Of a stretch of 57,051 bases of DNA, positions 46,722 to 56,055 are shown piece by piece (the first letter of the stretch is position 1; each line of letters begins with the position of its first letter). The notes beneath the pieces are model-generated. The model was not told the DNA's origin. It did not search any database and worked only from the letters and a program-made list of their open reading frames with translations. The DNA comes from an uncultured Candidatus Bathyarchaeia archaeon (GTDB lineage: Archaea; Thermoproteota; Bathyarchaeia; 40CM-2-53-6; DTGE01). The stretch lies in NCBI GenBank assembly GCA_964346575.1, contig CAYFVN010000234.1, forward strand, positions 1-57,051, in the 5' to 3' direction. The position numbers were made by a program, and so were the translations under genes.

Positions 46722-47267
46722 ATGAGTGGTGAAGGCATGGATTCAATACCTCGCGCAGGTACTATTGTTTATGATTTAATCTATGGTGATGATGAACAAG
46801 AAAAGATTGCCATCAGAAAATTTCAGCTTTTAAATTCCTATATTTTAGTCCCCCTCTATCGTATTGGTCTCTTGCCCATAATGGGTTTTAGCAGAATATT
46901 TTTACTTCTTGAGACTGTTGGACGGAAAACTGGTTTCAAACGTGTTACCCCTTTAGAGTATCACAGGATTGATGGTGTAATTCACATTATTTCGGCCAGA
47001 GGAAAGAGATCGGATTGGTTTAAAAATTTACAAAAAAATCCCGATATGGTTTCAGTTAAACTTGGATTTCACAGTTTTAGTCCCCGAATAGAAATCATAG
47101 ATGATCCGAAGGAAAAATTGAAAGTTCTAAAATGGTACGTGACAACTCATCCAACTTTGGCCAAGCACTTAATCGGCTGGGATAGCAGAACAGACGATGC
47201 AGAATCAGGTTTATTAAGTCCTCTAGTCAAATTATTCCAGATCATCAGATTATACGAAGCAAAATAA
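46722..47267 (+). CDS. nitroreductase-family deazaflavin-dependent oxidoreductase-like protein (DUF385)
   Basis: RIFLLLETVGRKTGFKRVTPLEYHRIDGVIHIISARGKRSDWFKNLQKNPDMVSVKLG matches the DUF385/Ddn-like core (llLtT.GRkSG..R.tPl.y......vvaS.gG...Wy.NL.anP.v.v). Confidence 0.6.
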   Translation: MSGEGMDSIPRAGTIVYDLIYGDDEQEKIAIRKFQLLNSYILVPLYRIGLLPIMGFSRIFLLLETVGRKTGFKRVTPLEYHRIDGVIHIISARGKRSDWFKNLQKNPDMVSVKLGFHSFSPRIEIIDDPKEKLKVLKWYVTTHPTLAKHLIGWDSRTDDAESGLLSPLVKLFQIIRLYEAK

Positions 47268-47296
47268 GGATCTACACCATCAAACGTGTAGATTCT
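47267..47296 (+). terminator. stem-loop immediately after the DUF385 stop codon
   Basis: AGGATCTACAC-catcaaac-GTGTAGATTCT, about 11 bp including one G.U. Archaeal termination does not require hairpins, so the function is uncertain. Confidence 0.3.
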
Positions 47297-47449
47297 AGGT
47301 TCGTTACTATTCTATTTGAACTGATCGATGAACGATTGATAAACTTACCAATACCTTTATGAGAACGTGACGACAACATTCTCCCCCACGATTCGTAGTC
47401 TTCTGGCTCAGGTTACTGAGTAGTAAACCTTTGTGAGGCTTGTTATTTA

Positions 47450-49231
47450 ATGGTTAAGTGGAAATGCACCGTTTGTAGCTACATCTACGATGAAGAGAAA
47501 GAAGGCATAAGATTCAGAGATCTTAGTCCCAGTTGGGTGTGCCCGGTTTGTGGAGCCCCTAAGTCGGCTTTCAATAGAATTGGTAGGAGGATAGAGGAAG
47601 AGAAGGCTGTCGCTGTCCCAACCGTGGCTGATAAAATAATTGAACAATTGTCGGCGATCGGCGTAAAATACGTCTACGGAATACCGGGCGATTCTAATCT
47701 ACCCTTCGTAGAGGCTTTGAGCAAACAAAACAAGATCAAATTCGTATTAACAAGGCATGAAGAGACGGCTGCCTTCATGGCGTCGGCCCACGCGAAACTA
47801 ACCGGTGAGATCGGAGTCTGTCTTTCCATTGCAGGCCCTGGAGCCACCAACTTGGTTACAGGGTTGATGGACGCCGCAACAGATGGAGCGCCGGTTCTAG
47901 CTTTGACTGGGCAGGTTCCCCAAGTTTTTTTGGGAAGCGAGTCCCTACAAGAGATCGACCAGATCGAACTGTTCGAACCATTCACGGTTTTCACTGAAAC
48001 AATCGCAATGCCTGGCCAAGCGATCAATCTGACCATGTTGGCCGTGAAGAATGCATACCTCAAACGGGGAGTGGCACTGTTAAGCCTGCCCACAGATGTT
48101 CTATCCGAAGAGCTGGAGGATGAGATTTGGAGACCGGAGGAGCATCTTTTCAAACAAATCGTGACGCCTACGGATGTATACATAGAGGAGGCAGCCGAGC
48201 TCATTGACAAGAGTAGTAGACCGATCATTCTGGGTGGTTGGGGGATAAGAGACTGTGGTAAAGAGGTTATTGAACTTGCGGAAAGGATATCTGCGCCAAT
48301 TGCGACCACCTCCAGGGCTAAAGGCGTCATACCGGAAACTCATGACTTGGCTGTAGGAGTTTTGGGATCCATAGGCACCCGTTTCGCAGCCAAGGCGATG
48401 ACCAAGGCGGACCTCGTCATCGTTGTGGGGTCAGGGTTTAGGCAGAGAAATCTCGTACCAAACTTGCCGATAGTTCAGATAGACATTGACGGTGTGAAGC
48501 TTGGGAAAAGTTTTCCGATAAAGGTTGGTCTAATAGGTGACGCAAAGTCGGCTTTGGAAAAGCTGATCAAGAAGGTGTCCGCGAAGAAACAGGATAAACA
48601 GTATTTTGATGAGATCAGGAAGATTAAAGACGCGCATCTCAAAGAAATAAGAGAAGACTCCGAAAACATGTCCGTTCCTATACACCCGGGGTACGTTATT
48701 CAAGCCATAAAAAGGCACGCCGAAAAGAACGCCGTCATCTGCGTCGATGTTGGGGACCATACGTACTGGTTCCATAAAAAATACATATGCGACGGCGAAG
48801 AAACCCTCATGTCAGCCAACATGGCGAGCATGGCATTCGGTTTACCCGCCTCCCTCGCAGCCCAGATAGACTTCCCAAACAGGCAGATAATATGCGTCAC
48901 GGGAGATGGGGGATTCGGCATGCTCATGGCCGACTTCACCACGGCCGTCTACAACAGGCTACCCGTAAAGATCGTGCTATTCAACGACGGTAAACTGAAG
49001 AACATAGAGAAGGAACAGATGATGTATGGGTTTAAAGAGTTTGGAACGGAATTCGTGAACCCGAACTTTGCAGAGTTTGCAAAGTCCTGCGGTGGAGAAG
49101 GCTATCGCGTAGAGAAACCAGAGGAATTGGATAATGCCTTGAAAAAAGCTTTAGAACCGGGTAAGCCAGCTATAGTTGACGTTGTTGTAGACCCTGAGAA
49201 GACATCTCCAATAGTTAAGACGGCTCCTTAA
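47450..49231 (+). CDS. thiamine-diphosphate enzyme (pyruvate oxidase / acetolactate synthase-like) with an N-terminal rubredoxin-like domain
   Basis: N-terminus WKCTVCSYIYDEEKEG...WVCPVCGAPKSAF (two CxxC knuckles). It is followed by the POX/ALS three-domain body (GIPGDSNLPF, GPGATNLVTG) and the ThDP motif GDGGFGMLMADFTTAVYNRLPVKIVLFNDG. Confidence 0.85.
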   Translation: MVKWKCTVCSYIYDEEKEGIRFRDLSPSWVCPVCGAPKSAFNRIGRRIEEEKAVAVPTVADKIIEQLSAIGVKYVYGIPGDSNLPFVEALSKQNKIKFVLTRHEETAAFMASAHAKLTGEIGVCLSIAGPGATNLVTGLMDAATDGAPVLALTGQVPQVFLGSESLQEIDQIELFEPFTVFTETIAMPGQAINLTMLAVKNAYLKRGVALLSLPTDVLSEELEDEIWRPEEHLFKQIVTPTDVYIEEAAELIDKSSRPIILGGWGIRDCGKEVIELAERISAPIATTSRAKGVIPETHDLAVGVLGSIGTRFAAKAMTKADLVIVVGSGFRQRNLVPNLPIVQIDIDGVKLGKSFPIKVGLIGDAKSALEKLIKKVSAKKQDKQYFDEIRKIKDAHLKEIREDSENMSVPIHPGYVIQAIKRHAEKNAVICVDVGDHTYWFHKKYICDGEETLMSANMASMAFGLPASLAAQIDFPNRQIICVTGDGGFGMLMADFTTAVYNRLPVKIVLFNDGKLKNIEKEQMMYGFKEFGTEFVNPNFAEFAKSCGGEGYRVEKPEELDNALKKALEPGKPAIVDVVVDPEKTSPIVKTAP

Positions 49232-49296
49232 GAAATTTCCAGTTATATCGATCAAGCTACCAATATATCCCTAAAAAGTATATATAACAAAAAAGG

Positions 49297-50607
49297 GTGA
49301 CTAACTATAGGGGTTGTGGTGTATACTTGAAAAGTAGAACCGTGGAGGTTGCTATCCCATACGGCGAAGACAGCTTAACGATCGAGTTGCCTAAGGATAA
49401 TCTAGTATTCGATGTGGATATGGCCTCCCCTTCTCCTCTTCCGAATGTACGTGAAGAGGTTCTCCGTTCCCTACGTAATCCTATAGGGATGGAACCGTTG
49501 GATAGCGTCGTAGGCAGGGATGATAAAGCGATAATTATGGTAGACGATTTGACGAGGCCGACTCCCCAGGACCAACTGGTTCCACTAGTGCTCAAGGAGC
49601 TTAACCGAATCGGCATACCGGATTCAAATTTAAAGATTGTGATAGGTCTGGGCACTCACCGTTTCATGACTGAAGAAGAGATAGAGGTCAGGTTTGGAGC
49701 AGGAGTGGTAGATAGAGTCGAGATCGAGAATCATCCGTTCAACGAGCCAGAGGTCCTCGAGTATCTCGGTGAAACACCCTCTGGCGTCCCAGTCCATATC
49801 AACAAGGAGATACGTAAAGCAGACTTCTCGATAGCGGTTGGGAACATTGTGCCACACCTCTACGCAGGATGGGCTGGGGGCGGCAAGATGATTCAGCCCG
49901 GGGTATCCGGTGAAGAGACCACCGGTATGACCCATCTAAACGCGGGTAAGTATAAGCCCTTCGGAGAGCTGCTGGGAAACCTAGATCAAGAGATGAGACG
50001 GGAGATCGATCAAGTCGCATTGAAAGCCGGGTTAAACTTCATCCTCAACACCGTATTAAACAAGGATAGGGGAGTGGTGTATGTAACTGCCGGGGATCCA
50101 TTGAAGGCTCATCGCCGAGGCGTCGAGGTTGCGAAGAAAATCTATATTAGATCGATACCCGAATTGGCTGACATAGTCATAGTGTCAAGCCATCCAGCCG
50201 ACATAGACTACTGGCAGGCCCTTAAGGGTGTAGCCTCAGCGCGCAGAGCGGTCAAAGAAGGAGGAAGAATAATCCTCGTCACACCCTGTCCAGAGCGTAT
50301 ATCTCCCATCCACAGTATAGTTGGAGATTTCGGAACGGCCGAATACCCAAAGTTGGTTGAAATGGACGAAAAAAGACACGTCGACGATATGGTCGGCCTC
50401 GGAACCCTTTTCGCTCACTCCCAGCTCAAGGAGAACGTTCAGATCCTCTGCCTGTCTCACGGCCTAACGCAGAGGGATAAAGATTCGCTGGGATTCACCC
50501 AAATATCCTCGATGGAAGAAGGGTTGGAGGAGGCCCTTCGAGATCGTGGCCGAGACGCTACTATAGGAGTGTTAAGAGGAAGCGAGGTGATGGTCGTACC
50601 ACAGTAA
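49297..50607 (+). CDS. LarA-like nickel-pincer (NPN) dependent 2-hydroxyacid racemase/epimerase family protein (DUF2088)
   Basis: VDDLTRPTP, IGLGTHRFMTEEE and NIVPHLYAGWAGGGKMIQPGV (His and the cofactor-tethering Lys context of LarA). The likely true start is TTG 49327 (MKSRTVEVAIPYG). Confidence 0.8.
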   Translation: MTNYRGCGVYLKSRTVEVAIPYGEDSLTIELPKDNLVFDVDMASPSPLPNVREEVLRSLRNPIGMEPLDSVVGRDDKAIIMVDDLTRPTPQDQLVPLVLKELNRIGIPDSNLKIVIGLGTHRFMTEEEIEVRFGAGVVDRVEIENHPFNEPEVLEYLGETPSGVPVHINKEIRKADFSIAVGNIVPHLYAGWAGGGKMIQPGVSGEETTGMTHLNAGKYKPFGELLGNLDQEMRREIDQVALKAGLNFILNTVLNKDRGVVYVTAGDPLKAHRRGVEVAKKIYIRSIPELADIVIVSSHPADIDYWQALKGVASARRAVKEGGRIILVTPCPERISPIHSIVGDFGTAEYPKLVEMDEKRHVDDMVGLGTLFAHSQLKENVQILCLSHGLTQRDKDSLGFTQISSMEEGLEEALRDRGRDATIGVLRGSEVMVVPQ

Positions 50608-50674
50608 ATCCTTATCCCCCTAGGTGCATATCCTTATATATACATCACATGTACATCCATAGCTGTGGAAAATC

Positions 50675-52180
50675 ATGTCTTCTGAAAAAACTAATAGAAG
50701 AGGATATGTAAAGACAGCTGCTGCTGGTATTGTAGGCGTTGCGATAGGAGCCGCTGCAGGCTACTCCGCTCCGAAAAAAGGACCAGTTATAACCCAAACT
50801 GAGACAGCCTTCCAGACCGTAACTAAGACGGCTGCCCCAACGCCGGTGCCGACTCCAAAGCCAACCCCTACAGGTCCACTCGCTGATTACTTAATTGCTG
50901 ACATTGATTGGCGTCAATTCGAGGGCAAAGAAATAAACATACTCTTATCGACGCATACCTTCTTCAAGACGTTAAACGCTAGAACTGATGAGTTCACTGA
51001 ATTGACGGGGGTAAAGGTAAATTTTGAGCATCTACCGCCTCGTCAATTACGTGAGAAGACGCTTTTAGACTTCGAAGCTGGAACCGGTCTCTACGACGTA
51101 CACGCTATGGATGAGAGTTCTATACCGTTATACATCGCCAATGAATGGATTGAAGATATAAACAAGTTCATAGATGACTCAAAGCTGACGGATAAAGAAT
51201 GGATAGATACCGACGATTTCCAGAAGCCTCACTGGAACATGGATCATGAAAAAGGGAAGCTGGGCGCGCTTCCTTTCAGCGGAATGGTAGGCATTCTCTA
51301 CTACCGGAAAGACCTATTCGAAAAGGAAGGACTCTCTCCGCCAAAAACATTCGATGAGGTATTAGAAGCCGCCGATAAGTTGCACGACCCACCGAACGTT
51401 TATGGAGCTGAAACACGTGGAATGAAAGGACAAGGACAGAACGCATGGATCATGGGGGGCATCCTACAGTCCTATAACTCACATAACGGTGCGGATAACT
51501 GGCCAAGTTGGTTCGACAAAGAATGGAACATATACATCAACACAAAGGAATCGTTTGATGCCCTAAAGATGTACACCGACATGGTGTCCTATGCTCCCCC
51601 TGGTGTAGAGACTTGGAACTGGCCTGAGTGCGTCGCTGCTTTCCAACAAGGAAAAGTCGCCATGTATTATGATGTGTCGGAGCACGCGTATCTGATCGAA
51701 AAACCTGATGAATCACTAGTATCCGGTAAAGTCGGATACACGTTGGCGCCTTTGGGCGGCGTACCCGAGAGGTGGGCAGGCATCTTCAACTGGGCCATGG
51801 GAATGAACAACTCATCAAAACAGAAGGAAGCTACCTGGCTTTGGCTTCAGTGGGCTACATCAGCGCCAAACATGAAGAGAATGCTGACAGAGCATCCCTT
51901 CACCTATGCTTCACCGACGAGGTTAAGCGTTCTAACATCACCCGAATACATGAAGGACTACAATTTCGGAGAAGGAGCATTCGTCAAAACCCTGGATGAA
52001 ATGTACAAGATACCATACCTATGGAAGTTTAGGCCGAGAATACCTGAAGGAAAAGAGATCCAAGAGCTCTATGCGATAGCCATCCAAGACGCTCTAGTGA
52101 AAGGAGACCATCAGAAGCAACTGGACATCTGCTACGATGAAGTAAAAAAGGTCATGACTAAAGCAGGTTACTACGGCTAA
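50675..52180 (+). CDS. ABC transporter solute-binding protein (family 1, sugar type), membrane-anchored
   Basis: N-terminal TM (AAAGIVGVAIGAAAGY), then a Thr/Pro-rich linker (TAAPTPVPTPKPTPTGP) typical of archaeal SBPs. A family-1 SBP body follows (GKVAMYYD, NWAMGMN). Confidence 0.85.
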   Translation: MSSEKTNRRGYVKTAAAGIVGVAIGAAAGYSAPKKGPVITQTETAFQTVTKTAAPTPVPTPKPTPTGPLADYLIADIDWRQFEGKEINILLSTHTFFKTLNARTDEFTELTGVKVNFEHLPPRQLREKTLLDFEAGTGLYDVHAMDESSIPLYIANEWIEDINKFIDDSKLTDKEWIDTDDFQKPHWNMDHEKGKLGALPFSGMVGILYYRKDLFEKEGLSPPKTFDEVLEAADKLHDPPNVYGAETRGMKGQGQNAWIMGGILQSYNSHNGADNWPSWFDKEWNIYINTKESFDALKMYTDMVSYAPPGVETWNWPECVAAFQQGKVAMYYDVSEHAYLIEKPDESLVSGKVGYTLAPLGGVPERWAGIFNWAMGMNNSSKQKEATWLWLQWATSAPNMKRMLTEHPFTYASPTRLSVLTSPEYMKDYNFGEGAFVKTLDEMYKIPYLWKFRPRIPEGKEIQELYAIAIQDALVKGDHQKQLDICYDEVKKVMTKAGYYG

Positions 52181-52253
52181 AAAGTTACTAATCAAAACTC
52201 CTCTTTTTTATTATTATTTTGCGATTAAACAACTCTGATATATGTCCCCTATT

Positions 52254-53390
52254 TCAAATATCAATTCTCATCGAAGCTACAGTAGCGTCATCGATTTCCA
52301 CTCCCTGACCGGGTGTGGGTAGTATAGTTGCTTTAGATGAAGACATATTGAATCCTCCTTTTACAGGTTGCTGCTTGAACCAGAGGTGGCTGTCCACAGA
52401 GCAAGGAAATACGTCTCTCGCATTGACAGCCACATGACACGTAGCTGTATCGATCATTTTGCTATTAGGTGTACAGTCAAATCTCACGCCCAATCCCGCG
52501 GCTTCAGCGATCGTCATGACCTTAATTGCCTTATATATCCCGCCGACGCGTGTAAGCTTTATATTCACCATATCAGCGGCTTCAAGGCGAGCGATCATCA
52601 AAACACTCTCAGGAGAAAGTACACTCTCATCGGCTATTATCGGTAAGTCTAGGTTCCTCGTGGCTTTAGCCAATCCATTCAGGTTATGAAAGTGAAACGG
52701 TTGTTCGACCAGTAGGTTCGGGAAACCTTCAAAAGGACGCAAGAAACCTATGAGGGCTTTCACGCTACGGAAGGCCTGGTTGAAGTCTACTATTACCGGG
52801 ATGCTATCGTCCACAACTTCCAGAACTTTTTTCAGCTCTTCAGCCTCATTCTTAAGAATCTCTCGCCTAGGTCCATCGATATCATGTAACCTTGGGTCAC
52901 ACTTAACCTCAACTGATCTATAACCTTTGGCGATCTGATCTTTTACGACAGTATTTCTGGAATGCTGATAGAATATATGAGCAAGCAGGTCAACATCGGT
53001 CCTATAACCACCGCCAAGAAACTCGTAAACAGGATTATTAGTGGCTTTTCCCATTATGTCGTACAAAGCCAAGTCGATGGCTGTATTGGCGGCTTTGCGC
53101 GACATATTCCTTGATAAACGATCCATTTTCTCGTGAATATCCGCTATCTTAAACGGATCCTCACCCTTCAGGGCCTCCCAGTACTTGGATAATCCCGTTA
53201 AAATATGCGCGTTCGTTTCACCGAACCTAAAATTGGCTACGCCCTCTCCTATACCGGATATTCCATTATCCGTTTGAAGTTTCACTATAACCGAGTCCAT
53301 AGTTGGATATGGATTACCTGGCAAGACCGACTCAAAGCGGATTGTAGCCGTCTCCATTTTAGCCAGCTTCAAGGTTAATACACCATTCAA
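52254..53390 (-). CDS. enolase-superfamily enzyme (mandelate racemase / muconate lactonizing enzyme family; possible sugar-acid dehydratase or epimerase)
   Basis: Metal-ligand blocks VIVDFNQAF, LVEQPF and IIADES. There is a conserved Lys in VNIKLTRVGG, and the usual KxK region reads VEVKCD. Confidence 0.85.
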   Translation of the reverse strand: MNGVLTLKLAKMETATIRFESVLPGNPYPTMDSVIVKLQTDNGISGIGEGVANFRFGETNAHILTGLSKYWEALKGEDPFKIADIHEKMDRLSRNMSRKAANTAIDLALYDIMGKATNNPVYEFLGGGYRTDVDLLAHIFYQHSRNTVVKDQIAKGYRSVEVKCDPRLHDIDGPRREILKNEAEELKKVLEVVDDSIPVIVDFNQAFRSVKALIGFLRPFEGFPNLLVEQPFHFHNLNGLAKATRNLDLPIIADESVLSPESVLMIARLEAADMVNIKLTRVGGIYKAIKVMTIAEAAGLGVRFDCTPNSKMIDTATCHVAVNARDVFPCSVDSHLWFKQQPVKGGFNMSSSKATILPTPGQGVEIDDATVASMRIDI

Positions 53391-53597
53391 GAGTTATCTG
53401 TTGTGTTGGTTTTTTAAAGTTGCGAGAGAATAAAGTTAGATCTAGTAACTTAATGGCTTCCAAATCTTCCAGTGATCCACATCTTCTAGGGTGATCTATT
53501 AGCCAGTTGATGGTCCAGCTCAAAGGTGATTGGAATCATCTCTTAAGGAAATCTTAATTCAAAATGTTTATATTAATTCTCAAATAGTGAGACCTTT

Positions 53598-54692
53598 ATG
53601 TCTGTTAAAGCTACAGTCTACGTTGGACCTAATCTTCCTTTTGAGATTCGAGAGCTTCCATTTCCCGTTGTCGAGTCGAATGCGATTTTGTTAAAAGTTA
53701 GGATGGCGTGTGTCTGTGGATCGGATTTGCACCTATGGCAGGGAAGGAGGCCGGAGCTGACACCGCCGAGGATTCTAGGCCATGAAGCCATGGGTGAGAT
53801 CTACGAGATGGGAGAGAATGTACAAGCTGATTCGCTTGGAAATTCTGTAAGCGTTGGTGATCGCGTGGTCTACGAGTACATTCTCTTCTGTGGTAGATGC
53901 TACTACTGCCTGATGAAGAGGGAGCCTACACTATGCCTCAACTGGAGGGGATTAGGTACCATGAGCTGTGACGACCCTCCTTTTTTGAACGGTGGTTTTG
54001 CACAGTATGTATATCTTAGACCTGGCCACGCATTTTTCAAAGTACCTGATGAACTGTCCGACGAGGTTGTTGCGCCAATAAACTGTGCACTTTCAAGTAT
54101 GATCAACGGCCTTGAGAAGGTAGGTCTTGAGCTTGGAGATAAGGTGGTAATACAGGGTGCTGGCGCGTTAGGTCTCTACGCCATCGCGTTGGCTAGGGAG
54201 ATGGGTGCAACTTCAGTAATCGTTATTGATGGCTTGAAGGAAAGATTGAGGATGGCGGAGGAGTTCGGCGCGGACTATACACTCGACCTCTCTGAGTTTG
54301 AATCCACTGATTCACGTGTGGAGGAGATAATGAATTTAACCGGAGGATTCGGCGCGGACCTATGTATCGAGGTAGCCGGTACACCCGAAGCGGTTCCAGA
54401 AGGGCTACAGATGCTTCGTAGGGGAGGACGATACTTGGAGATGGGGACAATATTCAAAGGAGCCTTCACCTCTATCGATATCTCTTGGCTCATCATGAGA
54501 GCTCTGAGAATTGTAGGTGCTAGGAACTACGAACCTAGACATCTAGCGAAAGCTCTAGATTTTCTCATGAAAAACAGGAGTAAATACCCATTTAAGAAGT
54601 TGATCACGAAAAAATATGCACTGGCAGAGATAAACGAGGCGTTCAAGACAGCCTTGAAACGCACCGAGCTGAGAGTGGCGGTCACGCCTTAG
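53598..54692 (+). CDS. zinc-dependent medium-chain dehydrogenase/reductase (MDR)
   Basis: Catalytic Zn CVCGSDLH...GHEAMGEI, structural Zn CGRCYYCLMKREPTLC, and Rossmann motif VIQGAGALG. Confidence 0.85.
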   Translation: MSVKATVYVGPNLPFEIRELPFPVVESNAILLKVRMACVCGSDLHLWQGRRPELTPPRILGHEAMGEIYEMGENVQADSLGNSVSVGDRVVYEYILFCGRCYYCLMKREPTLCLNWRGLGTMSCDDPPFLNGGFAQYVYLRPGHAFFKVPDELSDEVVAPINCALSSMINGLEKVGLELGDKVVIQGAGALGLYAIALAREMGATSVIVIDGLKERLRMAEEFGADYTLDLSEFESTDSRVEEIMNLTGGFGADLCIEVAGTPEAVPEGLQMLRRGGRYLEMGTIFKGAFTSIDISWLIMRALRIVGARNYEPRHLAKALDFLMKNRSKYPFKKLITKKYALAEINEAFKTALKRTELRVAVTP

Positions 54693-54833
54693 TTTAGTTT
54701 ACATTTGATCATCATGAAAACGTAGAAAGTTGATGTTAAACTCCGATCTCTGCCAGCATCTATAGAAGGCGCAGCGTAAATTCTAAACACTTATTAAGAT
54801 ATATTCCTTTTTACCGCTAAGTGTGATGAAAAA

Positions 54834-55994
54834 ATGCCGGGTGGACCTATCTCCGTTGAGTCGAAGTACTTGCCAGAGAGCGAGTTCAAAAAGAGGGAAG
54901 AAAATATTAGGAGAATAATGGTTGAACGAGGTCTGGATGCCCTCTTCATATACGGGGACGAGTATCGATACGGCGACTACGTGTACATAGCAAACTATAA
55001 AGGCCTCAATATAGTCGAGGAAGCCCCATACTACATATTCTTCCCGTTAGAGGGAGACTCCATTATGTTCACAGGGCGATTCAACATACAGCCGGCAACG
55101 AAGCATTCTCGCATCGAGGATGTGAGATGCTTATGGGATCTAGAACAGCATATCAAGGACATTGCACGATTAAATCTGAAAAAAATCGGTGCTGTTGGAG
55201 TAGATATTACTCCATATCCAACATACGAAACAACCGCGAAAGGATTGCCAAATGTAAAGATGGAAGAGGCGAACGAAATCATACAGCAACTACGTTTGAG
55301 AAAGAGTGATAACGAGGTCAAGTTGATGAGAAAAGCGGGAGAAGTAGCCGATGCGGGCATGAGGGCTGGACGCGAAGTCTTGGTAGAAGGAAACACGGAA
55401 TGGGAGGTACTCGCCAGAGCTGAGGATGCATGTAGGCGTTTGGGAGGCGACAATCCATTCTCGAACATGATGGGTTCCGGAGAGTCTCTAACTGACCGAG
55501 TGTTTCTTGCGAGCGACAATAAGTTAAGGGAGGGAGTATTAGCGTGCGTAGGTCTCCACCCAAACTTCCGATACTACTGCAACGATACAGAGAGAACCTG
55601 GCCGATAGGTAAGGTTTCCGATGAGCAGTTAAATGCTTTAAAGGCTGCCAATAGGATAATGGAGGAAGAGATAGATTATATCGCCCCGGGAAGAACTTGG
55701 CTTGAGCTCGTCGAGCATTACCGTGAGTTGATTGATCGTGAAGGGTACCTTAAATACTGGGCAAGCTACGAGGAGGAGGTTCGCGGCCACGCTCTAGGCC
55801 ATGGGATAGGACTGGATATGGTCGAATGGCCACGCCGTTATCCACGTGACTGGAATATTAAGATGGAACCCAACATGACTGTGGCCATCAAATCAGAGAT
55901 GCACGGGTTCAGCTGGGGCGGAATTAGGCAAGAGTCAGTCGTGCTGGTGACGAAGAGCGGATCAGAAGCATTGAACAAAGTCGAATATATCTAG
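54834..55994 (+). CDS. M24 family metallohydrolase (Xaa-Pro peptidase / creatinase-like)
   Basis: Creatinase-type N-domain (RRIMVERGLDALFIYGDE), then a pita-bread domain with HALGHGIGLDMVEWP and a late E...E pattern. Confidence 0.8.
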   Translation: MPGGPISVESKYLPESEFKKREENIRRIMVERGLDALFIYGDEYRYGDYVYIANYKGLNIVEEAPYYIFFPLEGDSIMFTGRFNIQPATKHSRIEDVRCLWDLEQHIKDIARLNLKKIGAVGVDITPYPTYETTAKGLPNVKMEEANEIIQQLRLRKSDNEVKLMRKAGEVADAGMRAGREVLVEGNTEWEVLARAEDACRRLGGDNPFSNMMGSGESLTDRVFLASDNKLREGVLACVGLHPNFRYYCNDTERTWPIGKVSDEQLNALKAANRIMEEEIDYIAPGRTWLELVEHYRELIDREGYLKYWASYEEEVRGHALGHGIGLDMVEWPRRYPRDWNIKMEPNMTVAIKSEMHGFSWGGIRQESVVLVTKSGSEALNKVEYI

Positions 55995-56055
55995 AAAAAC
56001 AAATATCCAACATTTATTATTTTATTATAGGAATGTTCTATAGAGTTCAATAGAA

